64,000 bases of DNA. Origin: a virus. Taxonomy: Duplodnaviria > Caudoviricetes. Positions 1 through 9,190 of this stretch are shown piece after piece. The notes beneath the pieces were generated by a model. That model had not been told where the DNA came from and ran no database searches. It saw only the letters and a list, made by a program, of their open reading frames with translations. Both the position numbers and the translations under genes were made by a program. How positions within the stretch are numbered: the stretch's first letter is position 1; each line of letters begins with the position of its first letter. The stretch covers positions 3,308-67,307 of IMG/VR virus record IMGVR_UViG_3300015050_000576. One strand, written 5' to 3'.

Positions 1-1
1 C

Positions 2-325
2 GTTCCTCCGCAGCTCGAACCGATCGCCATCCGCCTGCTCAAGACCGAGTTGCGGCCCGGCACCGCCATGAACGACGTCAATGCCATCCTCTCGACTCAG
101 GGCGGCATCCCCGACGGCTATCTGGTCTGGAACTATCTGACCTCGCAGTTCGCGTGGTTCCTCCAGACCAATCAGGACGGTTTGGTCTACATGAACCGCG
201 TTGCGTACGAAACGGACATGTCAGTCGAGTTCTCTACCGACAATTTGCTCGTCAAGGGCTACCAGCGCAACAGCTATAACTACAACGAGCCCCGCGCCCT
301 CTACGGCAGCAACCCGACTTCGTAA
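2..325 (+). CDS. Major capsid protein, C-terminal part (5' end outside window)
   Basis: Frame is open from base 2: VPPQLEPIAIRLLKTELRPGTAMNDVNA...AWFLQT..DGL...R...FSTDNLLVKGYQRNSYNYNEPRALYGS. This matches the C-terminal pattern of podovirus/pelagiphage-type capsid proteins. Confidence 0.85.
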   Translation, partial: VPPQLEPIAIRLLKTELRPGTAMNDVNAILSTQGGIPDGYLVWNYLTSQFAWFLQTNQDGLVYMNRVAYETDMSVEFSTDNLLVKGYQRNSYNYNEPRALYGSNPTS

Positions 326-333
326 CCTTCACA

Positions 334-359
334 CGGGAGAGATCGAAAGGTCTCTCCCG
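334..359 (+). terminator. Strong hairpin after the capsid gene (attenuator or mRNA stabiliser)
   Basis: CGGGAGAGATC-GAAA-GGTCTCTCCCG, 11-bp stem (one G-U pair) with GAAA tetraloop and no long U tract. Confidence 0.6.
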
Positions 360-416
360 CTTCCCATCGCACCCGAAGACTAGGGACGGGTCTATCCCTG
401 TATTAAGGAATCGAAG

Positions 417-1361
417 ATGGCTAACAACACCAACAATCAGTATCTTGTCGACCAGTTCGGAATGCCGCTTTACGGCGTGTCCGGCATGTTGCCGTTCACC
501 GGCAATTACTTCTGGGTCGACGAGACCAACGGCTCCGATGGCAACACTGGCGGCCCGCAGGATCCTTTCGCCACGCTCTCGCAGGCGCTGTCCAAGTGCA
601 CCGCGAACAACAACGACGTGGTGTTCCTGACCGGCTCGGTTCACCCGACCTCGCAGGTTGCATGGAGCAAGAACAAGACGCATCTGATCGGGCTTTCCCC
701 GCCGTCGCAGAACAGCCGGGCGCGCATCGCGGTTGCCAACACCGCGGCCACCACTGGCGCCATCAGCCCGTTCGTCAACGTCACGGCTCAGGGCTGTGTC
801 TTCCAGAACATCGAGGGCTTCGCCGGTATCAACCAGGCGACGACGCAGGTTACGTGGAACGAAGCGGGCGGTTCGAACTACTACAAGAACTGCAACTTCA
901 TCCAGACCGGCAACGCCACTGCTTCGGCTCAGGCCGGCTCCCGCGCGCTGACCATCACCACCGAAGGCGAAAACCTCTTTGAGGATTGCACGATCGGCGG
1001 CGATACGCTGGTTCGCGCCACCAACGCCAACGCCACGCTGGAACTCAAGTCCGGCACCCCTCGCAACGTGTTCAAGCGCTGCGTCTTCCAGTCTTGGGGC
1101 ACTGTCGCCGGCAATACCCAGGTTCTGGCTGGCTCGGGCGGCATGGATCGTTACGCGCTGTTCGAGCAGTGCACGTTCCACAACTTCGGCACGTCGCAGA
1201 CGGTGGCTATCACCAACTCAGGCGGCAGCCCGGCCGGCAACATCGTTCTGAACAACTGCATCGTGGTCGGATCGACCAAGATCGCCACGGCCGGCGTCTA
1301 CGTCAGTCAGATCAGCGCGGCGGGTGGCGGCACCACCTACCTCGGCGTTGCCGCTTCGTAA
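417..1361 (+). CDS. Right-handed beta-helix (pectin-lyase-like) virion protein, possible head decoration or fibre
   Basis: YFWVDETNGSDGNTG..QDPFATLSQAL N-terminal motif; repeated FxxCxF rungs (FKRCVF, FEQCTF, FEDCTI, LNNCIV); AAGGA RBS upstream. Confidence 0.6.
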   Translation: MANNTNNQYLVDQFGMPLYGVSGMLPFTGNYFWVDETNGSDGNTGGPQDPFATLSQALSKCTANNNDVVFLTGSVHPTSQVAWSKNKTHLIGLSPPSQNSRARIAVANTAATTGAISPFVNVTAQGCVFQNIEGFAGINQATTQVTWNEAGGSNYYKNCNFIQTGNATASAQAGSRALTITTEGENLFEDCTIGGDTLVRATNANATLELKSGTPRNVFKRCVFQSWGTVAGNTQVLAGSGGMDRYALFEQCTFHNFGTSQTVAITNSGGSPAGNIVLNNCIVVGSTKIATAGVYVSQISAAGGGTTYLGVAAS

Positions 1362-1384
1362 TCAATCGAGAAGGAAACACAGCA

Positions 1385-1642
1385 ATGAGCCGTGCACGTC
1401 ATGGAATGAGTTCCAAGCCGAAGGCCTACGACGCCAAGGGCTCCAACGTCATGAAAGAGGCGATGGAGAAGAAGCGCGGCGGGTCTGTCGGCAAGGAAGT
1501 CGACAAGCCGGAAGGCAAAAAGGCCAAGATGCGGATGGACAAACGCCCGCGTCGCGCTGCCGGCGGTCGCGTCGGTTCGGACAAGTCGCCGTTCAGTTCG
1601 GCGGCCCGTCCCGGTCAGAACACGGAAGCAGCCAAGCCGTAA
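1385..1642 (+). CDS. Small basic (K/R-rich) protein, head module
   Basis: ATG at 1385 after AAGGAAA; MSRARHGMSSKPKAYDAKG...KKRGGSV...RAAGGRV. Confidence 0.7.
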   Translation: MSRARHGMSSKPKAYDAKGSNVMKEAMEKKRGGSVGKEVDKPEGKKAKMRMDKRPRRAAGGRVGSDKSPFSSAARPGQNTEAAKP

Positions 1643-1839
1643 TGGGCAAGCTCTCGGCAAAGGCCCGCGACAGTCTGCCTAAAGGGGACTTCGCGGGGCC
1701 TGACCGGAGCTATCCCATCAACGACCGGAATCATGCGGCCAATGCTCTGGCCCGGGTCAGTCAACACGGAACGCCGGAGCTAAAGGCCAAGGTCACCGCT
1801 GCGGTTCATCGCAAGTATCCCGAAATGGGGAATTCCTGA
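1642..1839 (+). CDS. Small conserved basic phage protein
   Basis: TAATG overlap with the previous stop; MGKLSAKARDSLPKGDFAGPDRSYPINDRNHAANALARV. Confidence 0.7.
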   Translation: MGKLSAKARDSLPKGDFAGPDRSYPINDRNHAANALARVSQHGTPELKAKVTAAVHRKYPEMGNS

Positions 1840-1840
1840 C

Positions 1841-2167
1841 GTGCCGCTTTACCAGACCATTACCTACACGACGACAGGCACGAAGCAGTCGCTGAACCTG
1901 GATCCGTCGATTGTGCCGTTCAATGCCACGGTAGCGGTCACGCTTACCGCAGGCACGACCTCGTACAAAATGCAGTACAGCGTCACCCCGTTTGACACCG
2001 CGGACGCCAGTTCAAATTGGTTTGACTCCACGGATATTCCCGCCGCCACGACTTCGAGCGCGGTCAGTTCTCTTCCGTTCCCGGTATCTCGCGTCCGGCT
2101 CATTATCGCCGCTCTGTCTGGCGGCAACCTTGTCCTTGAAGTCAACCAGGGCATCAGCACCAACTAG
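1841..2167 (+). CDS. Small beta-rich virion protein
   Basis: GTG start, S/T-rich beta-strand pattern, contiguous with neighbouring genes. Confidence 0.6.
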   Translation: MPLYQTITYTTTGTKQSLNLDPSIVPFNATVAVTLTAGTTSYKMQYSVTPFDTADASSNWFDSTDIPAATTSSAVSSLPFPVSRVRLIIAALSGGNLVLEVNQGISTN

Positions 2168-2177
2168 GTTATCACTC

Positions 2178-3476
2178 ATGAAACAGATTTTGATAGCCTT
2201 CATCCTGTGGATGGTGGCCGGGACTGCTTTTGCCCAAAGCCCGCAAACAGTGAAGCTGTGCGTGTCGACCGGGGGCAACACATGCCCGCTGGTTACGGCA
2301 TCCGCTCCGCTCCCGGTCACGGGCTCGTTCTCGGCCACGCTGAGCGGGTTTACGCCAAACGGCAATTACGCCACGCTAACGGCGACCGCCGCATCCTCCG
2401 CGTCGACTGCCATGCCTGCGGGCGAGGTGGTGGCGTTCCAGAATACTTCCTCGATTGACCTGTCCTGCGTGATCTCCAGCGGGGCGGCGACTGCCACGAC
2501 CAACAAGATTATCCTCCGCGGCGGGGCCTCGGTGTTCCTCACGGTAGGGTCCAACGCCAACGCTGCTTGTATCAACCAGACGGGCTCGGCATCGAACGTA
2601 GTCGTCATGGCCGGCGGCACTGGGCTTGGAACGAACTTTGGTGGCGGCGGTTCTGGCGGTGGTGGAGGCGCGGTTACTCTGGCGTCTGGCGCCGTCGCAT
2701 CTGGCGCGTACTCTTCTGGGTCGATCGCCTCGGGGGCTGTTTCATCGGGCGCCTATGCTGCCGGCGCTCTTGCTGCGGGGGCCTTCGCTACCGGATCCGG
2801 TGTCGATGGCTGGGATATCACTCAGGGCGCCAAGGCGGATGCTGTTTGCGGTACGGCTACCGGCACATGCTCGGTTATCGCGCTGCTGAAATACCTCAAC
2901 AGCGCGGTCAACAGTTCGATCCCAGCCGGCACGGCGCTTATCGGCGACGTCAACCTCCGGCAGGGCGGTACAGCGCTGAGCGCGACGAATGGCGTCTTCT
3001 CCAACCTTCTGCAAGGCAATGCGGTCCTGTCGGCAACAAATGGTCTCTATGCCAACCAACTCCAGAGCAACGCTGTCCTTTCCGCTACGAACCCGACATT
3101 CTCGCAGTCGGTTGCGGGGACGGCCGGTGGCATCTCCAATTATTTCGTACAGCCAGCGGCCTCGGACAACCACGCCACGATCAAGAACGGGGCGGGGCTA
3201 GTTTACCACGTCTCCGTCACCAACAATTCCGCAACGGTGAATTATCTCAGGCTCTACGACGCCGGCACCGGGTTTAATGGTTGCAACAGCGCGACCAATA
3301 TCATCGGGCAGTGGGCTATTCCTGCCTCTACCAGCGTTGGCGGCATTACCTTCCCATTCAACCAGGGGCTAGCGTTCACAACCGGCATTTCGATTTGCGT
3401 CACGTCCGGCTACGCCACGACCGACACGACAAACGCCACGGCTTCAGCCATGAGCGTCAACGTCGGTTACAAGTGA
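2178..3476 (+). CDS. Signal-peptide-bearing S/T/G/A-rich fibre-like protein
   Basis: MKQILIAFILWMVAGTAFA|QSPQ Sec-type signal; GGGGSGGGGG linker; SGA(V/Y)x pentapeptide repeats; C-terminal beta-sandwich-like segment. Confidence 0.7.
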   Translation: MKQILIAFILWMVAGTAFAQSPQTVKLCVSTGGNTCPLVTASAPLPVTGSFSATLSGFTPNGNYATLTATAASSASTAMPAGEVVAFQNTSSIDLSCVISSGAATATTNKIILRGGASVFLTVGSNANAACINQTGSASNVVVMAGGTGLGTNFGGGGSGGGGGAVTLASGAVASGAYSSGSIASGAVSSGAYAAGALAAGAFATGSGVDGWDITQGAKADAVCGTATGTCSVIALLKYLNSAVNSSIPAGTALIGDVNLRQGGTALSATNGVFSNLLQGNAVLSATNGLYANQLQSNAVLSATNPTFSQSVAGTAGGISNYFVQPAASDNHATIKNGAGLVYHVSVTNNSATVNYLRLYDAGTGFNGCNSATNIIGQWAIPASTSVGGITFPFNQGLAFTTGISICVTSGYATTDTTNATASAMSVNVGYK

Positions 3477-3484
3477 GAATGGCC

Positions 3485-4645
3485 ATGAAGCGCTTCTTCA
3501 GGCTTGCAGCCTTCCTCGGGTTGCTGCTGGCCTCTTTCTGGGCCGCATCACCCGCATCGGCCGCGTGCGCGGGCGGGACTTGCTACGGGATTGCCACCGG
3601 CAACTGGAGCACTTCTGGAACGTGGTCCACGTCATCCGGTGGGGCGTCCTGCGCCTGCACGCCCGGCACGGGTGATAACATCGTTTTCGACGCCGGCAGC
3701 AGCGGCAAGACATTCACCATCGACACAAGTTTCAGCATTGGCAATCTGACGGGGACTGCGGCCACGACGGCGGCGCTCACTTACAACGCCGTCACCCTCA
3801 CGGTAACAGGGACGAATTTTACCCTGCTTTCGAGCATGACGGTAACCGCCGCGTCATCGTCTCGAATCACCTCGTTCAATCCTGCGTCCGGGACGCTTGC
3901 CGTTACCACGGCTGGGAAGTCTTTGGGGGCGGTAATCGTCAACGGGACCGCGGGAACGACTGTTCAGCTTCAAGACGATCTGACATTCCTCGCGGGTGGC
4001 AGCCTTACGCTAACCCAGGCTACGTTTGACGCCAATAATCATAACATCACTGGTGGCGCGTTTCTCAGCAATAATTCGAATACAAGGACCATCACGCTTG
4101 GGAGCGGGACTCATACCTTGAATGCCGCGAGCGGAAACGTTTGGGATACGACTACTACTACGGGCCTGACTATGACGCCAAACACTGCGTCGTTAGTCGT
4201 GTCGTCCACTGCCACGGCTGTTCGGAATTTCGTGACTGGTGGTTTGAATTTTCAGGGGTCGTCCTTGTCGCTAGTTAATTCAGGCGCAACGCCTGCTGTT
4301 ATAGCGATTTCTGGCGCCGGGATCATCGCAAGTCTTACCATGACCGCGCCGCTGAGCGTCACCTTCGCATCGGCGACGACATTCACAATCACCAATGCTT
4401 TCACGTTGGCTGGAACGGCATATAATAATATCTTGGATATCGCTACGAACGCCACGGGCGGCGCCTCGGCCATGATCTCTGTAGCGAGTGGGACGCCGAC
4501 GATTGCATGGGCGGCGATAAAGGGGATTACGTTTACGGGCGGCGCGACATTTTCAGCTACAAACTCTTTTGACTTGAAGGGCAATAGCGGGATCACCATC
4601 AGTGGCCCCGCTGGTGGCGGGGGCGGGAAAATCATTGGTGGATAA
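3485..4645 (+). CDS. Signal-peptide-bearing beta-helix / autotransporter-passenger-like protein
   Basis: MKRFFRLAAFLGLLLASFWAASPASA|AC signal; GNWSTSGTWS...PGTGDNIVFD motif; T/G-rich beta rungs. Alternative ATG at 3479. Confidence 0.7.
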   Translation: MKRFFRLAAFLGLLLASFWAASPASAACAGGTCYGIATGNWSTSGTWSTSSGGASCACTPGTGDNIVFDAGSSGKTFTIDTSFSIGNLTGTAATTAALTYNAVTLTVTGTNFTLLSSMTVTAASSSRITSFNPASGTLAVTTAGKSLGAVIVNGTAGTTVQLQDDLTFLAGGSLTLTQATFDANNHNITGGAFLSNNSNTRTITLGSGTHTLNAASGNVWDTTTTTGLTMTPNTASLVVSSTATAVRNFVTGGLNFQGSSLSLVNSGATPAVIAISGAGIIASLTMTAPLSVTFASATTFTITNAFTLAGTAYNNILDIATNATGGASAMISVASGTPTIAWAAIKGITFTGGATFSATNSFDLKGNSGITISGPAGGGGGKIIGG

Positions 4646-4649
4646 AAAA

Positions 4650-7600
4650 GTGACATTGTTTCGCAGTCTCATCGTCGGCGTCGCCGTTTTGTGGGCCAGC
4701 GCAGCCTCTGCGTGGCCTGTTCGTGGGGGTACATCGACTGCGTTTAACAACGGCGTCTACGAGATGCAGCCGAACTTTGTCGGCATCGGCGGCGATTATG
4801 CAACGCTCAACTACCTGAAGAACGCCTCCGGAAACTGGACATTTCGAGATAATCAAGGCACCCCTGCGCCCGATGCTTTGGACGCCTACGGATATTTGCT
4901 TCCTAACAGCGATCCAATCCTCAATCATACAGGCGCTCAATATTCGATCAGAATACCCGCTCTCAAGTACATTCAGGGGAACTGCCCGAACGGGATTACC
5001 GGCGTTTGCTGGGCGATTCCGGTAGAGGGGAAAGGCACGATCGGCAACCCGACAACGATACTTACGAGTTCAGTCGTTGGCGGTACTGCAACTGTTACCA
5101 CGGGCGCGACGACAAGGATCACGTTCTCCGCTCCACAGGCTTTTGAAGCTGGGATGGAGGTGCCGATAAGCGGCACCAGCGGCGTCACCATGACGAACTA
5201 CGTCGGCGGAACGTTCACCGCCCCCACCGGCACCACCACGGCTTGGACAGTGTGTGCCAGCGGGTTGACCACGACGACAATCGAGCTTTGTTTCAACGAC
5301 CAAACCACCAAGCTGCAAACCTCCGGAACCCCCGGCGGGACTACCGTTGTTACCTACGGGCGCAATGCGGTGGGCGTGGCGACAAACGGCGTCATCATCG
5401 GGCGGGTCACGACAAGCCCGGTTAGCATGAACCTTGGTATCGTCACTCAGGACGCTACTACGCCGATCACCTATCGCAACGGCAGGGATGGGTTGGGCCT
5501 TGTCCTGCTGGGTAGCGAATACACTCGCTGGAAAGCCGGGCAGAAGTTTGGTGCCGCTTATCGCGCGAAGACAGTCGCCGCCCGGCCGGGCGTGTGGCGA
5601 CACCTGAATACGATGAATTTGAATTTGGCCCAGGAGGTGAATTGGGCCGACCGGATGCCGGAAGGCTATGTTTCGTATAATTCCCAATACGACCGCCGCG
5701 GCACGACGACCTATGTAGGCACGACGACCAGTAACGGTAACGACTACTCCGCGACTTCTGCCGGCGGCGGTGCGCCGACCGACCGCAAGCAAATCATCCT
5801 ATCATTTGATGCCGCGTCGGTCAGCGTTACGTCAGGCGCGGGCGCTCTTGTCACATGGACGGGGCACGGCTTGTCGACAGGCAGTCCGTTCAATTTCTTT
5901 TTCACGATAGGCGGCGGAGCGTTGCCGGGCGGGGTTTCTTCTGTCCCGACTACATACTATGCGATTACCACATGCGGGAGCTGCGACGCAAATACAATCC
6001 AGTTCGCCACCTCGGTAGCAAACGCCGTCGCTGGAACTGCCGTCACTACGTCCAGCACTGGAACCAGCGTTCTCGCTCATGCCACGGTCATCTCGACCAG
6101 TGTCAGCGTCACGGCTAGCAATCCGAACGTCACATGGACACAGCATAACCTGAGCGTTAACGATCCTATTGCGGTGTCCGGTTCGCTTCCGGCGGTGTTC
6201 AACGATCAGTTCAATTACTACGTTGAGTCGGTCGTCAATGCGAACACGATCACCCTCAAGGGCTCGATTGGAGGGAGCGTCATAACTCCGGCTACGTCCG
6301 CGACGTTTTCCGCTGTTCGCAGCCCGACCCTCAACTTGGACGGCGTAACCTATCCAATCCGGAGCATCGCCAATCAAGGCGTAGGAGCCGCCACAACTTC
6401 CTATCCGATCCCGCGCAGTGCTGCTGGCGTCAAACTGTACGCCTCCATGGTCCTGGATCTGGTCATGGGCTCTTGGCAGAAAAACGGCGGTGACGTATCG
6501 CGCGGCACGCAATACTATTCAAGCGGCTGGCCCCCAGAAGTTGCTTTGCGGGATTGCATTGAGATCGGGGCGCACTGTTGGTTCCCGATGCCGCGCTATG
6601 TATTAGACGGCGTTAATGGGATCACTGATTATCCTGCCGGCCTTGCGGCGATGATCCGCAGCACCGCGCCAAGCTGGCATATCCCAAGATATGAAATTAC
6701 CAACGAGACGTGGAACGGCGCCGCGGATTTTCCGGCGACTCGAATTTTTACAGGCCACGCACTTATGTACAAGGCTACGGCTGGGTGGGTTGACGGAACG
6801 CTTAACCAGCTGGTGGGTAAAATCGGCTCTGTGATGGGGCAGTCCATCAATGCCGCCTATGGTGGCGGCGCCCCGGCCAACCGCTACAAAATGATGGTAG
6901 GCGTCCAGACCTTTAACTTCACGGGAGCGAATGCTGCTACAACCGTAGCGCCGCGCCTGACTGCAACAGACTACATCGGGCAGTCCACGTCGCCGCAGAC
7001 TGGCTATACCAAATCGGCGGCGTCAGATTGGGTCACCGGTATTGCGTCCGCGCAGTATTTCGCGCCGGGTTACACGGCCACCTCGGTCGCGACCACGCTG
7101 GGAGCTGCGTATTCGTCTGGGGTCATTCGCGCGCAGATTGCGGGGACCACACTCACTCTGAATTCAATCCGATCCGCCACAACTCCGGCGTTCGGGATTG
7201 GTTCTGTACTCACGCAGGGGCCAGGAATCACCCAAACAACCGTGCTTAGCGGAGGCCCCACCACTTGGACTATAGATGTCGATCAAGGGATCATCGACGC
7301 AAATACTGATATCGCCTACATCTCGTCGGGTAGTGATCCAGCGGCTCTCACGGAATATCTGGACTCGTCATACCGAACTGCGCAATTCAGCGGGTCGATC
7401 AGCGGGACGACCTTAACGGTTGCCCCTGGTGTGACCGGCTACATTTTCCCGACTGGCGGCAGTGGCGGTAATTTCTTGATGGGGCCAAGTGTTGCGCCGT
7501 ATACGCAGATCACAGCGCAAACCAGCGGCACGACGAACAAAGACGGCACTTACACAGTATCGGTCAGCCAGTCGGTGGCATCGGAGACGATGACCTCGCA

Positions 7601-8060
7601 TGGCGTGTTTGACGTACCGACCAACAATTTGATGTCACAGCGCGCGGTGACATTTGCCAACTCATATACAAATCAGTGGACGGTAGCGCTGGGGGTGGAC
7701 GGCTACGAAGGCGGATATTCCCCAGACTTTACTGCTGCTGGTCTGACTCCAGCAGAGCGAATGTACGCTGCCGGCAAGAACGTCGCCGTTACGCCGCTGT
7801 CGCCAACGGGTATCTACGGAATTGTCTTGGAGAATGCGCAGAACGCAAAGGACGCTGGGGTCAGTTTCCCGAGCCAGTTCAACTATACCGGCATCACCCC
7901 GGCCTCAAACGCATGGAGCGCGATTGACGACCTGTTCATGCCTGAACCGTACTTGATAATCGACGCCTACAAGTCCATCAACTTCCTGTTGAAGCGCGAC
8001 ATGCAGTTGCCTGGGTATATGAACGACAACAGCCCGATGTTCTTGGAGAAGTCCGCCTAG
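4650..8060 (+). CDS. Large signal-peptide-bearing fibre or depolymerase-like protein (about 1136 aa)
   Basis: GTG start after GGTGG; MTLFRSLIVGVAVLWASAASA|W signal; internal HCWFPMP...RYEITNETWN motif reminiscent of glycoside-hydrolase TIM barrels; repeated WTGHGLSTG / WTQHNLSVND beta domains. Confidence 0.65.
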   Translation: MTLFRSLIVGVAVLWASAASAWPVRGGTSTAFNNGVYEMQPNFVGIGGDYATLNYLKNASGNWTFRDNQGTPAPDALDAYGYLLPNSDPILNHTGAQYSIRIPALKYIQGNCPNGITGVCWAIPVEGKGTIGNPTTILTSSVVGGTATVTTGATTRITFSAPQAFEAGMEVPISGTSGVTMTNYVGGTFTAPTGTTTAWTVCASGLTTTTIELCFNDQTTKLQTSGTPGGTTVVTYGRNAVGVATNGVIIGRVTTSPVSMNLGIVTQDATTPITYRNGRDGLGLVLLGSEYTRWKAGQKFGAAYRAKTVAARPGVWRHLNTMNLNLAQEVNWADRMPEGYVSYNSQYDRRGTTTYVGTTTSNGNDYSATSAGGGAPTDRKQIILSFDAASVSVTSGAGALVTWTGHGLSTGSPFNFFFTIGGGALPGGVSSVPTTYYAITTCGSCDANTIQFATSVANAVAGTAVTTSSTGTSVLAHATVISTSVSVTASNPNVTWTQHNLSVNDPIAVSGSLPAVFNDQFNYYVESVVNANTITLKGSIGGSVITPATSATFSAVRSPTLNLDGVTYPIRSIANQGVGAATTSYPIPRSAAGVKLYASMVLDLVMGSWQKNGGDVSRGTQYYSSGWPPEVALRDCIEIGAHCWFPMPRYVLDGVNGITDYPAGLAAMIRSTAPSWHIPRYEITNETWNGAADFPATRIFTGHALMYKATAGWVDGTLNQLVGKIGSVMGQSINAAYGGGAPANRYKMMVGVQTFNFTGANAATTVAPRLTATDYIGQSTSPQTGYTKSAASDWVTGIASAQYFAPGYTATSVATTLGAAYSSGVIRAQIAGTTLTLNSIRSATTPAFGIGSVLTQGPGITQTTVLSGGPTTWTIDVDQGIIDANTDIAYISSGSDPAALTEYLDSSYRTAQFSGSISGTTLTVAPGVTGYIFPTGGSGGNFLMGPSVAPYTQITAQTSGTTNKDGTYTVSVSQSVASETMTSHGVFDVPTNNLMSQRAVTFANSYTNQWTVALGVDGYEGGYSPDFTAAGLTPAERMYAAGKNVAVTPLSPTGIYGIVLENAQNAKDAGVSFPSQFNYTGITPASNAWSAIDDLFMPEPYLIIDAYKSINFLLKRDMQLPGYMNDNSPMFLEKSA

Positions 8061-8827
8061 CGACGCGGGGTCGCAACGAAGTTAAATGCCCGGAACGGAT
8101 AGATCCCGCATTTCCTGAATTCGTCGTGACTCAAGGGGCCTTTCTCGTATAAAAAATCGATAAAGGTAAAAACATCGTAGTTGAGACTGGACGTCAGGTA
8201 GTCGAATAGCAAGTTCCGATCAAGGCCAGCATTGGCATCGGCGCCGCATTCGAAAATGATATTTGGCCGGCATCTCATAATGAAGTTTCTGCCGCCAGTG
8301 AGCGCGGCGAGTTCAGCACCCTCGATGTCGATTTTAACCAGATCAAAGGGGCCCAGGTCGAGAGCGTCGAGAGTGGTGATCTTCACCTCGTAGCGGTTTA
8401 CCGGGTCGGTTGACGGATTGTCGCCCTGCAAGCGGCTAAAGCCCGGCTTGGCTAGATTTTCTTCGAACACAGCGGCTCCAAGCCGATCTGAAACGGCGAC
8501 CTGTTTTACGCGCACATTAGGGAACTTGCGTGCGAGCCAGCCAGCCTTAGTCGGCGACGCTTCAATGGCGGCATGGTTGCCGCCGGGCGCAAACTTCATG
8601 GCGAGGCTTAGAAACGACCCGATATGACAGCCGACGTCCAAGACGTTGGATCTTTTGTTCAGCAGCCGCCCCAGCACCTTAGGAAGGTGCCGTTCTTCGT
8701 AAAATACTTCCGCTAGTTCCGGGTGCGCCGACCGATGGCGGGATGCGAGCACCCATTGGATATTCTTGGCGACGCCCTCAAGCGGAGACGCAACGAGCCT
8801 GGACTTCAGTTCGAGAGTCTTATTCAT
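8057..8827 (-). CDS. FkbM-family SAM-dependent methyltransferase (moron, antisense to late operon)
   Basis: VLDVGCHIG, AIEASP, VAVSD, DLVKIDIEGAELAALTGG, PNIIFE motifs. Start at MNKTLELK overlaps the upstream stop (ATGA). Confidence 0.85.
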   Translation of the reverse strand: MNKTLELKSRLVASPLEGVAKNIQWVLASRHRSAHPELAEVFYEERHLPKVLGRLLNKRSNVLDVGCHIGSFLSLAMKFAPGGNHAAIEASPTKAGWLARKFPNVRVKQVAVSDRLGAAVFEENLAKPGFSRLQGDNPSTDPVNRYEVKITTLDALDLGPFDLVKIDIEGAELAALTGGRNFIMRCRPNIIFECGADANAGLDRNLLFDYLTSSLNYDVFTFIDFLYEKGPLSHDEFRKCGIYPFRAFNFVATPRR

Positions 8828-8940
8828 GGTCGTTTGCGCCTTTTGGAGGTGTCGTCCGGCATCCCAAATCCAGTGAGAATGCAATAGAAAAGAAGCGCCA
8901 CCCAAGCTGCCATGAATAATCGGATAAACAGGACGTCCAT
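8824..8940 (-). CDS. 38-aa single-TM membrane peptide (not in ORF track)
   Basis: MDVLFIRLFMAAWVALLFYCILTGFGMPDDTSKRRKRP*; its TGA overlaps the FkbM ATG. Confidence 0.6.
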   Translation of the reverse strand: MDVLFIRLFMAAWVALLFYCILTGFGMPDDTSKRRKRP

Positions 8941-8953
8941 TTAAATCACATGC

Positions 8954-9073
8954 TCATTTGCGCCCGATTCCTCGTAGAAGGAACTTGCTGGCAAGGTAGC
9001 TAAGAAGGACCGTCGCGGCCAACGAAAGCCACGCGGCCAACCCGAAGTACAACGAGTTAAATTCAGAGTGCAT
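8954..9073 (-). CDS. 39-aa single-TM membrane peptide (not in ORF track)
   Basis: MHSEFNSLYFGLAAWLSLAATVLLSYLASKFLLRGIGRK*; a -10-like TAGCGT lies 6 nt before the ATG. Confidence 0.55.
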   Translation of the reverse strand: MHSEFNSLYFGLAAWLSLAATVLLSYLASKFLLRGIGRK

Positions 9074-9151
9074 CCCGCCACGCTACCCCACGTTGCCCAT
9101 CCCCGCCAAGGGTCAAGATAGGTCTCCGCAAGGGGATAAAGGTTCAAAGTT

Positions 9152-9174
9152 AACCGCCTCCGGGCGGTTTTTTG
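9152..9174 (+). terminator. Intrinsic terminator in the late operon
   Basis: AACCGCC-TCCG-GGCGGTT followed by TTTTG. Confidence 0.75.
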
Positions 9175-9190
9175 TTGGGAAATCCGAATA

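Noticed and set aside
252-1181. 309-aa minus-strand ORF and many similar long antisense ORFs (e.g. 5070-5792, 9341-10045, 50767-51459, 60493-61419)
   Set aside because: They shadow well-supported genes on the other strand, an expected artefact of high-GC codon bias; no motifs or RBS.
8824-9073. Type I toxin-antitoxin locus
   Set aside because: The peptides resemble type I toxins in size, but no antisense RNA or sequestering 5' UTR is evident and one is coupled to the methyltransferase; not excluded, but unsupported.
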